NCBI RefSeq assembly: GCF_009914755.1
Contig: NC_060927.1
From: the human T2T-CHM13v2.0 reference genome, Homo sapiens
Length of the DNA stretch: 64,000 nt
Strand: one strand, 5' to 3'
Shown piece by piece: positions 1-16,129 of this stretch; position 1 is the first letter of the stretch; each line of letters begins with the position of its first letter. The translations under genes and the position numbers were made by a program. The notes beneath the pieces are model-generated. The model worked only from the letters and a program-made list of their open reading frames with translations. It was not told where the DNA came from and ran no database searches.

Positions 1-1599
1 TTCCTTTCACAAGTTTTGTGTCACTTCTGTATTAATTAGCTATTTCTATATGAATTAGCTAAACTGTCATTAACCATATGTACTATTCGCTTCATTCTTT
101 AATAACTCAAAAGAAGAAAATTTTACAATGTGCTTTATAACTTTTAATTTTACTAACATCTCACATTACAAGCCTGCTAAGATGGGCTTTTATTTAAAAC
201 ACAAATGAAAAGCTCAGAGAGGCACCCCAAATCATGAATAATCAGTAACTTTGGGCCAGAAACCAGGTCTCCTGATTTTTAAGTTTATAGTTCTTTCTAG
301 TAGAGCATGCTGCTGAATGTAAACGTATTTCCAAAGTGTGATCTTTAGAATATTCTTCTGAGATGTCAGCCTCCAAGGTGATTGATACAGTGGTCTAGGA
401 AAACTCATGTGGACTGAGAAAATCTGTAATCACTGCTCTATCAAGACATCAATAACCCTGTTAGTAGCATCACCATTCTTCCTGTTAATATCCTTCAGAA
501 AAAGTATAATTCAAAATGACATTCAAAAACAGATGCCTGACTATTGACATCATCTTTCAAAAGAGAAGACTTTCTCAGTTTTCTTACCAAAAAGATACAC
601 TGAGAAACTGGGTCTGCATGGAGTAAAGAATCAGACTCTTGACTGGAGGAGAGAGAAACTTCATGGACGAAGAGAGTATAATTTAAACCTTCTGTTTATC
701 TCAAGGTCAGTGTTCTGATTCACTTTTAAACTTTTCTGGCTGTTTACCTTCTGACCTCTACCCCAAAGTTACACCATGGACAGAATTTTTGAAATGAGTC
801 AAACCAAAGATAATAAATATCTTGGTAAAAAAACAATTAAAAAAAAAGATACTTAAAAGTCTAATGAAGCATTGACATATGGCACCATCTTTAAAAGCTA
901 CTGCTAAGGCTTAGGTTAATTAAAGTTAACATGAAACCTACTTTCATTCTAAGAAGCATGGTGAAAACTGCAGACAGCTGAATTTTAGTACATCCTTGAA
1001 GTTAATGTGAACTATTAGCTGGAAAAGTTTATGTTTTCTTTAAAATGAAGCAAGATGTAAACTGTACAGATAAGATCTTTTATAAGGTCAGCATTTTGCC
1101 AACAAAGTTAAAATTAAGGCATTTAGGTATCCATGTAACATTTTTTAAAAACTTCATAGTTCTATTATTGTACCATCATTCACAGAATCCATTTCTAAGT
1201 CCTAAAGCTTACTGTAGGAGTTTAATTCATTACCACTAAAAAGATAACCTCCCATAAGAAACTGAGTTCATAGGCATAAATTTACTAAAAAAAGAGATTT
1301 TACTGTGTCAGGGTATTGATGTCTAGGTCTGCAAGAATCAGTGAAAACGAGTTTTCTTTTTTTTTTTTTAAAAAAAAAAGCTTAATCGTTTAAATGAGGT
1401 TAATTTTAAGATGTCTTTTTACTGTATTCTTTCATCTGAAAGATCTACTCTATCTTCATTGTTTTGAAAAGTTTATCTAGAAAAGTCAAGATAAAGAATG
1501 AAATATGCAATATTATATATTTGTTGTTATTTCACTTTGTAAAAGTGTATTTATAAGAAAGCTGAGAGGCTTTCTAGACTAGAATGATAGCAAAAACAA

Positions 1600-1810
1600 G
1601 AACAGAAAAACAACTTATCATGGGCTGGGCACTGTTCTAACTGCTTTATGTGTATTATTTCACTTACTCCTTATAATAACCTTATGTAATAAGTACTAAT
1701 ATTATTACCATTTTAAATATAAAATAACTGAGGCCCAGAGAGATTAAGCAACTTGCTCAATATCACACACACACAATATTCTGTAGTGGTTTGAGTAAGT
1801 GCTTCTCTTT
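1600..1810 (-). mobile_element. MIR SINE fragment
   Basis: Core-like aactgaggcccagagagattaagcaacttgctcaa and gggcactgttctaactgcttta. Confidence 0.65.
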
Positions 1811-1885
1811 CAATTACTATTTATGTATTTTGCCATATTTTATTAAATAAAGGTGTAAAATATAATCATTAAATAGCTTGGTGGA

Positions 1886-2203
1886 GGCCGGGCGCGGTGG
1901 CTCACACCTATAACCCTAGCACTTTGGGAGACCAAGGCAGGCGGGTTGCCTGAGCTCAGGAGTTCGAGACCACCCTGGGGGCAACATGGTGAAACCCCGT
2001 CTCTACTAAAATGCAAAAAATTAGCCGGTCTTGGTGGTGCACGCCTGTAATCCCAGCTCGGAAGGCTGGGGCAGGAGAATTGCTTGGACCCGGGAGATAG
2101 AGGTTGCAGTGAACCCAGAATGCACCACTGCACTCCAGCCTGGGCCACAGAGCGGAATTCTCTCTCTCTCAAAAAAACAAAAACAAAACAAAACAAAAAA
2201 AAA
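1886..2203 (+). mobile_element. Alu (old S/J type), full length
   Basis: GGCCGGGCGCGGTGGCTCA start, two arms, A/C-rich tail, degenerate TSD aaatagcttggtgg / aagcagtttggtgg. Confidence 0.95.
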
Positions 2204-2425
2204 GCAGTTTGGTGGCTAAATAAAAGACTAGAATGATTAATTCTTAGAAACTCAAATATAATTAACACACTTTAAAATATAACAGATTTAACATATACTA
2301 AGTGCCAAACCAAGAAAAGCATTTCTGCCTATTTGCCTATTTGTTTAGTTAATTCTTGCAACCACTCTGAGATACACATTATCCCTGTTTTTACAGAAGA
2401 TATTGAGGTTCAATGAAAACAATTT

Positions 2426-2539
2426 TTTTTATTTTTCATTTTATTCAAAGTTGGTACAAAACTGTTAACATTTCCATAAAACAATTACTATGCTTCAGTT
2501 ACAGGACAAAATATCACAGAAAGGAATGTATTTTGCAGT
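2426..2539 (-). pseudogene. Short 5'-truncated retroposed mRNA 3' end (source gene not identified) inserted in a MIR
   Basis: Minus strand ends ...caactttgAATAAAatgaaaaat-A8; flanked by tgaaaacaattt (2414-2425) / tgagcacaattt (2540-2551); MIR-like sequence on both sides. Confidence 0.6.
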
Positions 2540-3349
2540 TGAGCACAATTTGAACAGTTAGTTATATTTAACTCAAATCCAATGCCCTCTTCTCTGTGCC
2601 ATAATATCTGAAGTAATAAAATAATAAAACAATAGAATACATGTTAAAACAAGTAATAACAATTTTGTTCATGATTCAAAAAATGCATCCAACTCTCTTG
2701 TGTGATCAGACCCTGTCCTTAAACATGTATTTTCAATTAAAAAAAAATTAAGTTCACAACAATGATTTGCCAGTCATCTGTTTTAGAGTTGCATTTTAAA
2801 ACCTACTTAAGTTCTGAAATATACTCATCAGAAAAGCAAAGGTGCTCAGTTTTTAACCTGTGTATTACTCATAGAAAATACTCAACTCTCCCAGAAAAAG
2901 TGAAAGGCAATTATAAAGAAATGCAGTTGCCATTCTGGTAACATGTATGCCAAACAAGTCCTTATCAGATGATGAGGTTCATGAAGGCAAGAGTTACTTG
3001 CATTTACTACTTTTATATCGCTCTCACAATCTAACATTTTTCATACAATAGGATTACAATAAAACTATGTAGAATGACTACGTGAAGGAGATCAACTCAT
3101 AACTCATCAATTCCAGACACTGTTTTTATCTTTTCAGATAAAAGGGATCGATGTCCCCAAAGAATAATGCCCAGAGCCAATAGATCTGGCCTCTGAAAGC
3201 GCTGTGGTTACATAAGAAAAAAAAAAAAGAAAAAAAAAAAAAAGAAAAATCATCCCTTTTCCCACAAGGGGGAGAAAGAAAGGAGTGCTAGATTTCTCTC
3301 TGTATGCCAACTTCAGTATGTACAATAATTTTATTTTCTTTTTTAAAAT

Positions 3350-6165
<2,816 letters not shown>

Positions 6166-7020
6166 GACTCCTTGCCAAAGTAATCTAGCTAACAAAAGTG
6201 CTTGAAGAACTTCTATTATTATTATTATTATTATTAGCTTATGCAAAATCCATCCAAAGAACTTCTATTATTAATGGTTCTACTTTGGTAACCCTTTTAT
6301 TATTGTGAAGCTTAAATTTTTAACAAGACTTCAAAAACTCTAACCATAAGACATTCAGAGTCAATGACATTTTATTTTCTACAGTTATTTCCATAAAGGG
6401 TTAAATTTAAAAATTGTATTTAGATATGTGAACTTTCAAACTTAACTACTAGTTTTCACAATGCCATAGTTAATAAAATAATTTGTTACTAATAACTAAC
6501 CACAACTTTAATACAAATTATGCTAGATAAATACCTAGCCATTCTGCCATGAGTTCTAGGAAATAAACAAGATGGCATTGATATTAGATACCAAAAAATA
6601 AACAACACCCAATGCATATTTAAAATTGCCAACAGTTTAAGCTGCAGCTACAGATGCTAAAAAATATATAAATGGCATCTGTGAACAAATGAATTTGAAC
6701 ATATTTATAACTATATTTTACAATTTTATATGATACGCTCCTATTTTGGTTTGTGGCACAATAAAGATATCAGAAGTTAAATTAAAATGTACTGTGGCTA
6801 GCAGAAATAAAATCTATAAATGTCTGTGAAAAATATTCACTGTAATTTACCAGAATATCTTTACTATCTGAGTTATAAAACTTCAAAAGGTGCACAATTC
6901 ACATTTTAAAACTGTAAAAGGATTTAACAAAGTTCCAACAATACCTACTTTACAGTTTTTCTCCCTGAGTATTAAATACAATAATATAGTTAAAACATAA
7001 AAGAGGCTCTCCTTGGTTCA

Positions 7021-7215
<195 letters not shown>

Positions 7216-7539
7216 TTAGAAACTGGTCTTTAAATATTCAAATTAGAGCAAATTCTCTAGATATTTACTTATTCGGATTTTTAAAGATTAATGTGTCACT
7301 TTTAATTATATAAAATTACTTCAGAATATAACCATAATAATAAAACAAGTCAACCACACCTTTTTACTAATAATTCAATGGGGAAAAAATAGTCATTTCA
7401 ATATTGTTAAGATTCCCAATTACATTTAAACGATTATTTTGGTTACCATGATTTTAGAGGATATCACCTGTCATAAAATATAATATTTTCTAGGCTGATA
7501 ATCAATGTCCTCATATCCTATTAAGATAAGTATCGTGGT

Positions 7540-7690
7540 GGCAGGGAGAGTACTGAATCTGAAACTAAGAAACATGGATTTCTAGCCCTAGCTCTGCTAG
7601 TTGGTGTGTGCAAGTCACTTGCATCTCTAGGCTTCAGTTTCTTCAACTACAATATGAAAAGTCAGACTAAACAGTCCAAAATGTCTCTAA
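7540..7690 (+). mobile_element. MIR fragment
   Basis: gcaagtcacttgcatctctaggcttcagtttcttcaactacaatatg core. Confidence 0.6.
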
Positions 7691-8412
7691 CCTACACACA
7701 CACAAAAAGATCTTATAGTTACCTGATAGTATATAACTGATAGAACAATCACTTGTCTTCTATAATTAACTGAAATTTAAAAAATAACCTATAAGGCAAC
7801 GTGTTACCATACTCACAAGCTCATTACAGGTCCTATGCTTAAATATCCATGCTCTGCAGCATAAAGACACCAACTCAACAACACCAGTGGAGAAAAAGAA
7901 AGGCATTCTAACTTAAGCACCAAGTAGGAAGGAAGAGCAGGGCACTGCCCTTACCTTGTTCATGTGGCCAGTATCAGGTAAATTGAAGCAGAAAACAAAG
8001 TTGAGAATCACCATGTTCAAGCATAGGCTTGGCTACTGAGTGAGAAATACTGTGGATAAACAAACTTTCACAATCTCCCAATTTGAAATAATCTTACCTA
8101 TCAAACTGAAGTGGAGAATTTCAATTTTCAGCATTTACTGAGCATTTTCCATATTATCAGTGGCCACAGCAGAGGAAATAAAAGTATAAAAGAGATGACA
8201 TCTAAACTGTGTATAAAAGAAGCATTTCACGCAGAGAGAGAAAACTATATTCAAAACATAAGGTCATGTAAGAGTAGAGCAGAGATTAGGAAATAGTGAA
8301 ACATCATGCCATTGACCCTACTACCTTCTCTCTACACTTCACGCACTTATGTTCTCCTCTCTTCCCTTCTTAGCCTGCTTAAATTCCACGGTCCATCATT
8401 ATCCTCTCTAAC

Positions 8413-8618
8413 ACGAGAGTTAACAAACAACAGGAATAGTCTGCTGCCTGTTTTTAAAAATAAACTTTTAATGGAACAGAGCTATGCCTATTCAGTTAAG
8501 TATTGTCTATGGCTGCTTTTGGACTACAGTGACAGAACTGAGTAATTGTGACAGAGACTAGATAGCCCACAAAGCCAAAAATATCTAAGAAAAAGCTTGT
8601 GGTTTTTCCACAACCCTG
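8413..8618 (+). mobile_element. MER58A (hAT-Charlie MITE)
   Basis: gcctgtttttaaaaataaacttttaatggaacagagc...tattgtctatggctgctttt...agtaattgtgacagagac matches recalled consensus. Confidence 0.75.
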
Positions 8619-8739
8619 GTTGAGTTCAGCTTTCTGCCCAGTCCATGTCTACGACCAAAGAGCTCAACATGGCTGCAAAGAAACCTCTAATTATGCTGAC
8701 TGGTGTCATGTTCAAGTCATCATCAAAATTTAATTTGTT

Positions 8740-9024
8740 AGCCAGGCGTGGTGGCTTACGCCTGTAATCCCAGCATTTTGGGAGGCTGAGGCAGGCAGAT
8801 CGCTTGAGTTCATGAGTTTGAGACCAGCCTGGGCAACATGGCAAAACCCCGTCTCTACAAAAAATACAAAAATTAGCCAGGCGTGGTGGTGTGCACCTGT
8901 AGTCCCAGTTACTTGGGAGAAGGAGGTGGGAGAATGGCTTCAGCCTGGGAGGCAAAGGTTGCAATAAGCCAAGATCATGCCATGCACTCCAGTCTGGGTG
9001 ACAGAGCCACACCTTGTCTCAAAA
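8740..9024 (+). mobile_element. AluJ
   Basis: Two-arm Alu with J-type gcttgag/gggcaacatggcaaaac; TSD-like aaaatttaatttgt / aaaatcaatttgt. Confidence 0.93.
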
Positions 9025-10979
9025 TCAATTTGTCCAGCAATAATTATACACTTTCCTGGTCCATTCACTTTTCCAGACCACTTAATTTCTTCTTTCCTCC
9101 TCTTCAACCTCTAACACTCCTTCTCTAACCTCAGCCTCAACAGATGACCTTGCTTGCATCACTACAAGCACTAACCTACCAGCATCTATCTCCATATACT
9201 CTTATTTTACTTCTGTAACTAGAGATAAGCTAACCCAGCTCCTTCCTAAGGCAAACATCACTACATGTTAAAGCAAAAACAAAAATGGTCCTGTACTCAA
9301 GGTCATTGCTCCAGAATTTTTTTTGTCTTTCTGCATTAATTATTCCGTGTGGAAACATTACAATCAGCACATAAACTTGCTATTATTTCTCCCATCTTAA
9401 AAAAAAAAAACTATCTCTAACCACACTAATCACCACCATATTTCTGCCTCCTCTCCTTAAGCTGGCTTTCTCCAGTTCCTCTCTCCTCCTATTCTAAAAC
9501 TTTCTCCAACAGAATTTCACTACCACTATGCCAAAATTATTCCAGATGAACAATCTCCTTGTTGCTGAATCCAAAGCCAATTTTCAGTCATCATGTTACC
9601 CTTCTCATCTATTTGACTTGGCACTACCATTTGGAAAAGTCAATCACGTTCCTTTCATTGAAGCACCTTCTTCACTTCATAGGACACTATACTTTTTTGG
9701 TTTTCATCCTACCCTACAGACAACTCTTCTTTTCTCCATTTCTGCTTCCTCCTATTCTCCTTGATCTCTTAAAAATTGGAAGATCCCTGGACTTAGTCCT
9801 CAGATCTCTTCTGTTCTTTAAACTCACTCCCCCTTGATAATCTCATCCAGTCTAATGACTCAATACAACTATACACTGATTATATATAAATACATACACA
9901 TATACTAGACCTCTGCCCTTAACTCCACACTAGTATATCCAACTGTGTATCTGGTATTGCTCTGGCTGAAAACCTTAGAATCATCCTTAATCAACTCCCA
10001 GCCCCTTCTCTCTTACACTTCCACACACACACACACACACACACACACCCCTATACCCACACATACACCCTCATATCCAAATGCCAGGAAATATGAATGG
10101 TTCCATCTTTAAAATTTATCTGGATCCAACCACTCATCATCTTCACTGGTAGAACCCTCGTCCAAGCTACTATCACCTTTCACGTGGATTACTGTAATAT
10201 CTTCCTAAATGGTCTGCTTCTACCCTTATTCCTTTCCAGTCTACTATCAACTAAAATCAAGTCAAGTTAGACTGTATCTCTTCTACTCTACCTCATTGGT
10301 CTATAAGGTACTACACACCCATCTCATTATTTCTGTCCTCTATTCTTCTACTCCACTGCTGTCCTCACTGCTTACTTTTCTCTAGCCAAGCTACTTCCCT
10401 GCTATTTCTTGAACACATATGGTACATTTTCAGATTCAGGGATTCTGTACTTCAGGGCTTCTAATTCTTTAACCTAGAATGTTCTCCCCCAAGACATGCT
10501 CAAAGCTCATTTGTCTCAACTCCTTCAAAATCTTTGGTAAAAGTGTTACCTTCTTAGTATGGCTTTCCTTAATCATTCCATTTAAAATTACAACCCATTC
10601 CTCCACCTTCACATTCCCCATCTGCCTTCCCCACTTTATAAATGACTCTTACCATTGTATAACCACATAGTTTATTTTATTTTATCCGCTTCCTCTGACT
10701 AGACAAGGCTCCATGATGGCAAAGGCTTTTGTCTGTTTTATTCACTGCTCTATCTCCATGTAGAATAGTGCCTAGCACACAGTAGGTACTCAGTAAATAT
10801 TTGCTGACTAAATTAAGTGTAAGGGCAATGGGCATTTTAAAAAATGTAGTATTACATATTTCACAATGTATACACATATAAAAATCATGTACACTGTAAA
10901 TATATACATTTTTATTTTTCAATTATATCAATAAAGCTTGAAGAAAAAAATTAGATTACAAACTGACATGTCTGTTTTA

Positions 10980-11960
10980 ACTCAAACAGTATTATGGAAA
11001 ATGGGTATGGAGAGGAGACTTGGGAAAGTGAGAATGAATGCAGGGTGAGCAGCTGGAAACCTTCTACAAGAGTCCAAAGGCTGAATCAGGGCATAAGGCA
11101 ATAGGGACTTTTTTTAAAGCAGCGGGAAGGCAGGGTAGGTATACCGGCTAGTTGAACATGAGACTAATAGAGAATCCAAGAAACAAAGAGATTGGGATTA
11201 ATTTAACTGTCTTTAAGCTTGGGCAACCAAATAGGTGATGAGACACAGAAAGCAAAAACAGTAGAAAGGTTTGAAGGAAAAATTATTTGAACTTTTACTT
11301 AATGAATCTCAGAACACTTTGAGTAGTTATATTACATAGGTGGTTGCAAACAGAGGTCAAGGCAAAACTCAGGAAGCAAGAGTGGAGTACAGCTTGAGAT
11401 TCAGGCAATAGCTGAAGCCATGAGAATAGACTTGTTCACCTAAGAAGACCACCCAGAGTTGGAGAGTAAGGAAAGGACTGAGTATGGAATCCTGAAAAAC
11501 ACTAAATTTAAGAAGCAGACAACACAGGGGACTTAGCAAACATGAAGAAAAAACTAAGAGGCAAAAGAAAGCAAGGAAAGATTAGCATCGACAATTCAAA
11601 GTGGAAATTTCTATAAGGGTGAGAGGTGAAACTGTGAAGCATTTCAATAGCAGACGAGATGAGGACTAAAAAGAGGTTATTCGATCTATACCCAATATCT
11701 TGGTGTATCTTGGTTCAGTGATGCTCTTGGAAAAAGAGGTTTCAGACCATGGTGCCAGTAGCAATCAAGCTTTATTGGGTTCACAAGTGAGCAGGTGGCA
11801 GATGAGGAATAGGAGGTAGTTAATTCAGTTTATTCTCACAAAGTCTCTGGTGATGAAGTAAGGAGAGAACTGGGAGTTGGTAACTCAAGGGGAGCAAAAG
11901 TCAAAGAAACATTGTTGCTGGGCTTTTGTTTGCACTTTTTACTGGCTAAAAGAGACCCAA
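10980..11960 (-). mobile_element. L2 fragments
   Basis: Purine-rich plus strand with L2 reverse motifs (gctgaagccatgagaatagac, gagatgaggactaaaaagagg). Confidence 0.55.
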
Positions 11961-12016
11961 ATTTATTTGTAAGCTAAGTAGACATAGGTAGAATAAAGTT
12001 ATAAAAAAGGAGGAAA

Positions 12017-12363
<347 letters not shown>

Positions 12364-12439
12364 TCAGGAGAAGGAAGAAACAAGGACAAAGACAAACTAT
12401 ATAGCATAGTAATTAAGAAGTAAGATTAGCATGAGTCAC

Positions 12440-12660
12440 ATAAAACTATATAGAAGTCCCAATTCTGTTACTAGGAGTTATGTAACTATGAGCAAGTTAT
12501 TTAACCTCTCTAAGCATCAGTTTCCTCATCTGCAATATAGAGCTAATGACAGTATCTATTTTAAAGAACTGTCATGATATTATAAGAAATCATCAATGTG
12601 AAATTCTTTAAATACATTACCTAACACACAATAAAGACTCGAGTTTTAGCTATTTTCATC
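12440..12660 (+). mobile_element. MIR fragment
   Basis: agcaagttatttaacctctctaagcatcagtttcctcatctgcaata. Confidence 0.7.
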
Positions 12661-13178
12661 CTTAAAAAATTAGTTATCTTTTTTTCTTTAAATCTAATAA
12701 GTGATTAGGTATTAGGGAAAAGGAAAGAAATGTAAGCTGAATGAGTTATGTGTGATGATCCTATTTCTTGTAAAGTAAGAGATAAGATGATATGCAAAAC
12801 TAGGGGTAACAAGAGTAATGCTGAAGGCTAAAAGAAAAAAATGCAGAGATCAATATTCAGAAACAATCAGTTCCCATTGTAAATGAGGTCTAATAAAGAG
12901 AACAAATTAACAGAATGCTCAATTGGTGTGAAAAGGATTGCTGTATTAAATAGAATTCAAAGAATGGTGAGTCTCAGGTATTAGAAAGGTCATTAACACA
13001 GATGTCAAAACCATTTTTTTAACTATTACTCAATCACAAAGTTTCTTGATTTTAATGATCCATTTTACAAAATTAATCATTATACAATTATGAACAACCT
13101 GGAGATGTGTATACCACTACATTCCAATTTACTTCATTTGCTAAACAATCATACTAACAGTTAAGAATATAAAGGCTG

Positions 13179-13771
13179 AACCAGGCGCAGTGGCTCATGC
13201 CTATAATCCCAGCACTGTAGGAGGCCAAGGCAGAAGGATCACTTGAGTCCAGGAGTTCACAACCAGCCTGGGCAACACAGGGAGGCACCATTTCTACAAA
13301 AAAACAAAAAATTGGCCAGGCATGGTGGCTCACGCCTGTAATCCCAGCACTTTGGCAGGCCGAGGTGGGCGGATCACCTGAGGTCTGGAGTTCGAGACCA
13401 GCCTGACCAACATGGAGAAATCCCGTCTCTACTAAAAATACAAAATTAGCCAGGCATGGTGGCGCATGCCTGTAATCCCAGCTACTCTGGACGCTGAGGC
13501 AGGAGAATGGCTTGAACCAGGAGGCAGAGGTTGCTCTGAGCTGAGATCACGCCATTGCACCCCAGTCTGGGCAACAAGAGCGAAACTCTGCCTCAAAAAA
13601 AAAAAAAAATAATAATAATAATAATTAGCCAGGCCTGGCAGCACACGCCTGTGGTCACAGCGACTCGGGAGGCTAAGGTGGGAGGATCACTTGAGCCCGA
13701 AAAGTCAAGGCTAGTGAGCCGTGATGGCACCACTGCAACCCAGCCTGGACGACACAGTGAGATTCTGTCTC

Positions 13772-13772
<1 letters not shown>
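13179..13772 (+). mobile_element. AluJ split by a nested AluSp (13314-13622)
   Basis: J left arm, then a complete Sp copy (ctgaccaacatggagaaa, aacaagagcgaaactc), then J right arm resuming at ttagccagg. Confidence 0.92.
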
Positions 13773-13820
<48 letters not shown>

Positions 13821-13833
13821 TGCACACACACAT
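13773..13833. repeat. (CA)n alternating purine-pyrimidine tract
   Basis: Read directly; (CA)~20 cgtgcgcatg (CA)5. Confidence 0.97.
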
Positions 13834-15022
13834 TTATTTAATTTTATATATTTAAATTATATGTAAGATTAAAAGATGAATGCCAAGTTCAACAGAGATT
13901 TCTAGTTACAGGACTATAAACTGTCCTTCCCTTGTCTCAATATTTTTATAAATGATTTCATTTATTACAGGTTGCAAATGCCATCAACAGCTAAGCAACA
14001 TATGTAAAAGTGTGAAGCCAAATTGTGTAACGCAATAAGGGGCAACAGTTGGTAAATCACACAGTACAAAACTTAACTAACTACAAGCATTCTAGTTTAA
14101 AAAAAAAAATGTGCTTGTCAAATAAAACACATCATGGGATAGATTTGGCTGTCAATTTATAACCTCTGATTTCAACACAGCCACCTAAGATTGACACAGA
14201 CCTAGAAGAATGGCTTAAAATGAAACATTGAATAAAAATTTAAAGAACTTGGGCTGGTATGATAGACCAAACCTGCAATATGAAATTTAACAAAGGCCCT
14301 ATGACTAAAATCAAAGTGTCAATGTATTATTGAGAATGAGAGAACAGAGGAACTCCAGATCAAACTTGACAGTAATACATCTGGAAATTAAAGAAGTGTA
14401 ATTGAACAGAACTCAAAAAGAAAAAACACTGAGATGCAACCAATAAAAAACATCATGCAACATTAGGCTACAAAAGTATTGTGTTCAAATCAATGAAGAT
14501 AATTCCACTCTACTTTGTATAGCTCATGCTGCATTGCAAGTAGTGATATCCCTTTATTGGCCACATATTTTATTCATAATATTAACACAGCAGAATACAT
14601 CAAAGGAAGGCTAATGAAAGCATGTCTGCTATAGGCTGAACAATCTAATTTACTACACTATGAGAAATATGAAGGCACCAAAAAATGCTCTTGTTAAATT
14701 TACAAATGTTCTAATGTAAAATAAATAGCCACAGGGAATAACCCCGAGGGGACAGTGCCCATCCCTAGGAAACACCATATGTAGGGAAAACAGTAGTATT
14801 TTTGCAGTTCCAAAGTACGGTTTTGTTTGAAGCTTCTTGCACAACATAATTAAGAAGGCTAAAGATGCTAATATTTTGAGAAGACCAGGATTCAGCATTT
14901 CTAGCACTCGTAATTTTCTGAAACATCTCAGGTTTGCTATTTCCTTAATGTAATCTATCTCCTTTGGATTCTCAGACACAATGCTAGAATACTCACAAAT
15001 TGTAAACTTTAAAAACTAAATA

Positions 15023-15350
15023 GGCCGGGCACAGTGGCTCACGCCAGCAGTCCCAGCACCTTGGGAGGCCGAAGTGGGTGGATCTCTTGAGCCCGGAAGT
15101 TTAACACCAGCCTGGGCAACATGGCGAAACCCTGTCTCTACCAAAAATACAAAAGTTAGCCAGGCGTGGTGGCATGCACCTGTAGTCCCAGCTACTCAGG
15201 AGGCTGAGGCATGAGAATCGCTTCAACCCAGGAGGCGGAGGTTGCAGTAGTCAAGACTGTGCCACTGCACTCCAGCCTAGGTGACAGAGCAAGACTGTCT
15301 CAAAAAAACAAAACAAAACAAAAAGAAATAAAAAAATAAAATAAAAATTT
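15023..15350 (+). mobile_element. Alu (J/S)
   Basis: Full-length two-arm Alu; TSD aaaaactaaata / aaaacctaaata. Confidence 0.95.
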
Positions 15351-16129
15351 AAAAAACCTAAATAGAACACACAGTATCATTTGGGAGGCAGGAGCTGAAA
15401 ACGCTGAGTCTGCTAACCTCAAATAACTGATACTAGGTTTCCAAAAAACTGGCAAAAGAGTCAATGCCAGAAGTCCTTTGAAAGGAATCTGCTATTATAC
15501 AAAGTGGATCTACTTAGAAACTTCCAAAAAAATTACATAATGTATAATTTAGGGAGTATTTCTCTCTATGACTCAGTTTTCCTAGTTATTAATTTTATTA
15601 ATAAACTATTCTCTAATCACTGATAACCATTTTTCTATGAACTCCACATTAAAACCACACACTGAGTAAGAAATTTAAGTGATAAAATTTTGATCACATG
15701 TAACAACAACTCAACAACAGCTGAGATAACTCCATCCTACCTTTGGAAAACACATTAGTATGATGTGTTATCTCCAGATAACTTCTGAGGTCAAGGAAAT
15801 AAAATGACTTGAGGTTACATTTTTAATAGAATCATGATATAATTTTAAAAATCTGATGTAATGCAATACAACATATTAGAGATCCCCGCAATAAGACATC
15901 AAATGCAGCATCACAGTAACCCAGGATTCTCATCAGAATTGGACTGGGCATTCCAACTGGCAAAAATCTCCAAAATAGCTATCTTTTCTCTGATGGGTAC
16001 GCCAGGCTGGCTAGAGATGAGAATATAGTACTAATAGTAAAGAGTGTGTGGATTAGGTAAGAGAATACCTTTTTGCTTGAGAGGCTGTGGGAAGGAAATG
16101 GGAAAGGGTAGGCACCTAGCATACAACGA

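Larger units (their letters stand above)
8310..10815 (+). mobile_element. L2 LINE (L2a-type 3' end), interrupted by MER58A, an Alu and (CA)n
   Basis: Pyrimidine-rich L2 body; terminus tgttttattcactgctctatctcc...agaatagtgcctagcacacagtaggtactcagtaaatatttgctga. Confidence 0.75.

Noticed and set aside
7955-8035. Possible 78/81-nt cassette (CAGTAG tandem acceptor, AAG|GTAAGG donor; 78-nt form open in frame)
   Set aside because: Short pyrimidine tract with an upstream competing AG; indistinguishable from background pseudo-exons without RNA data
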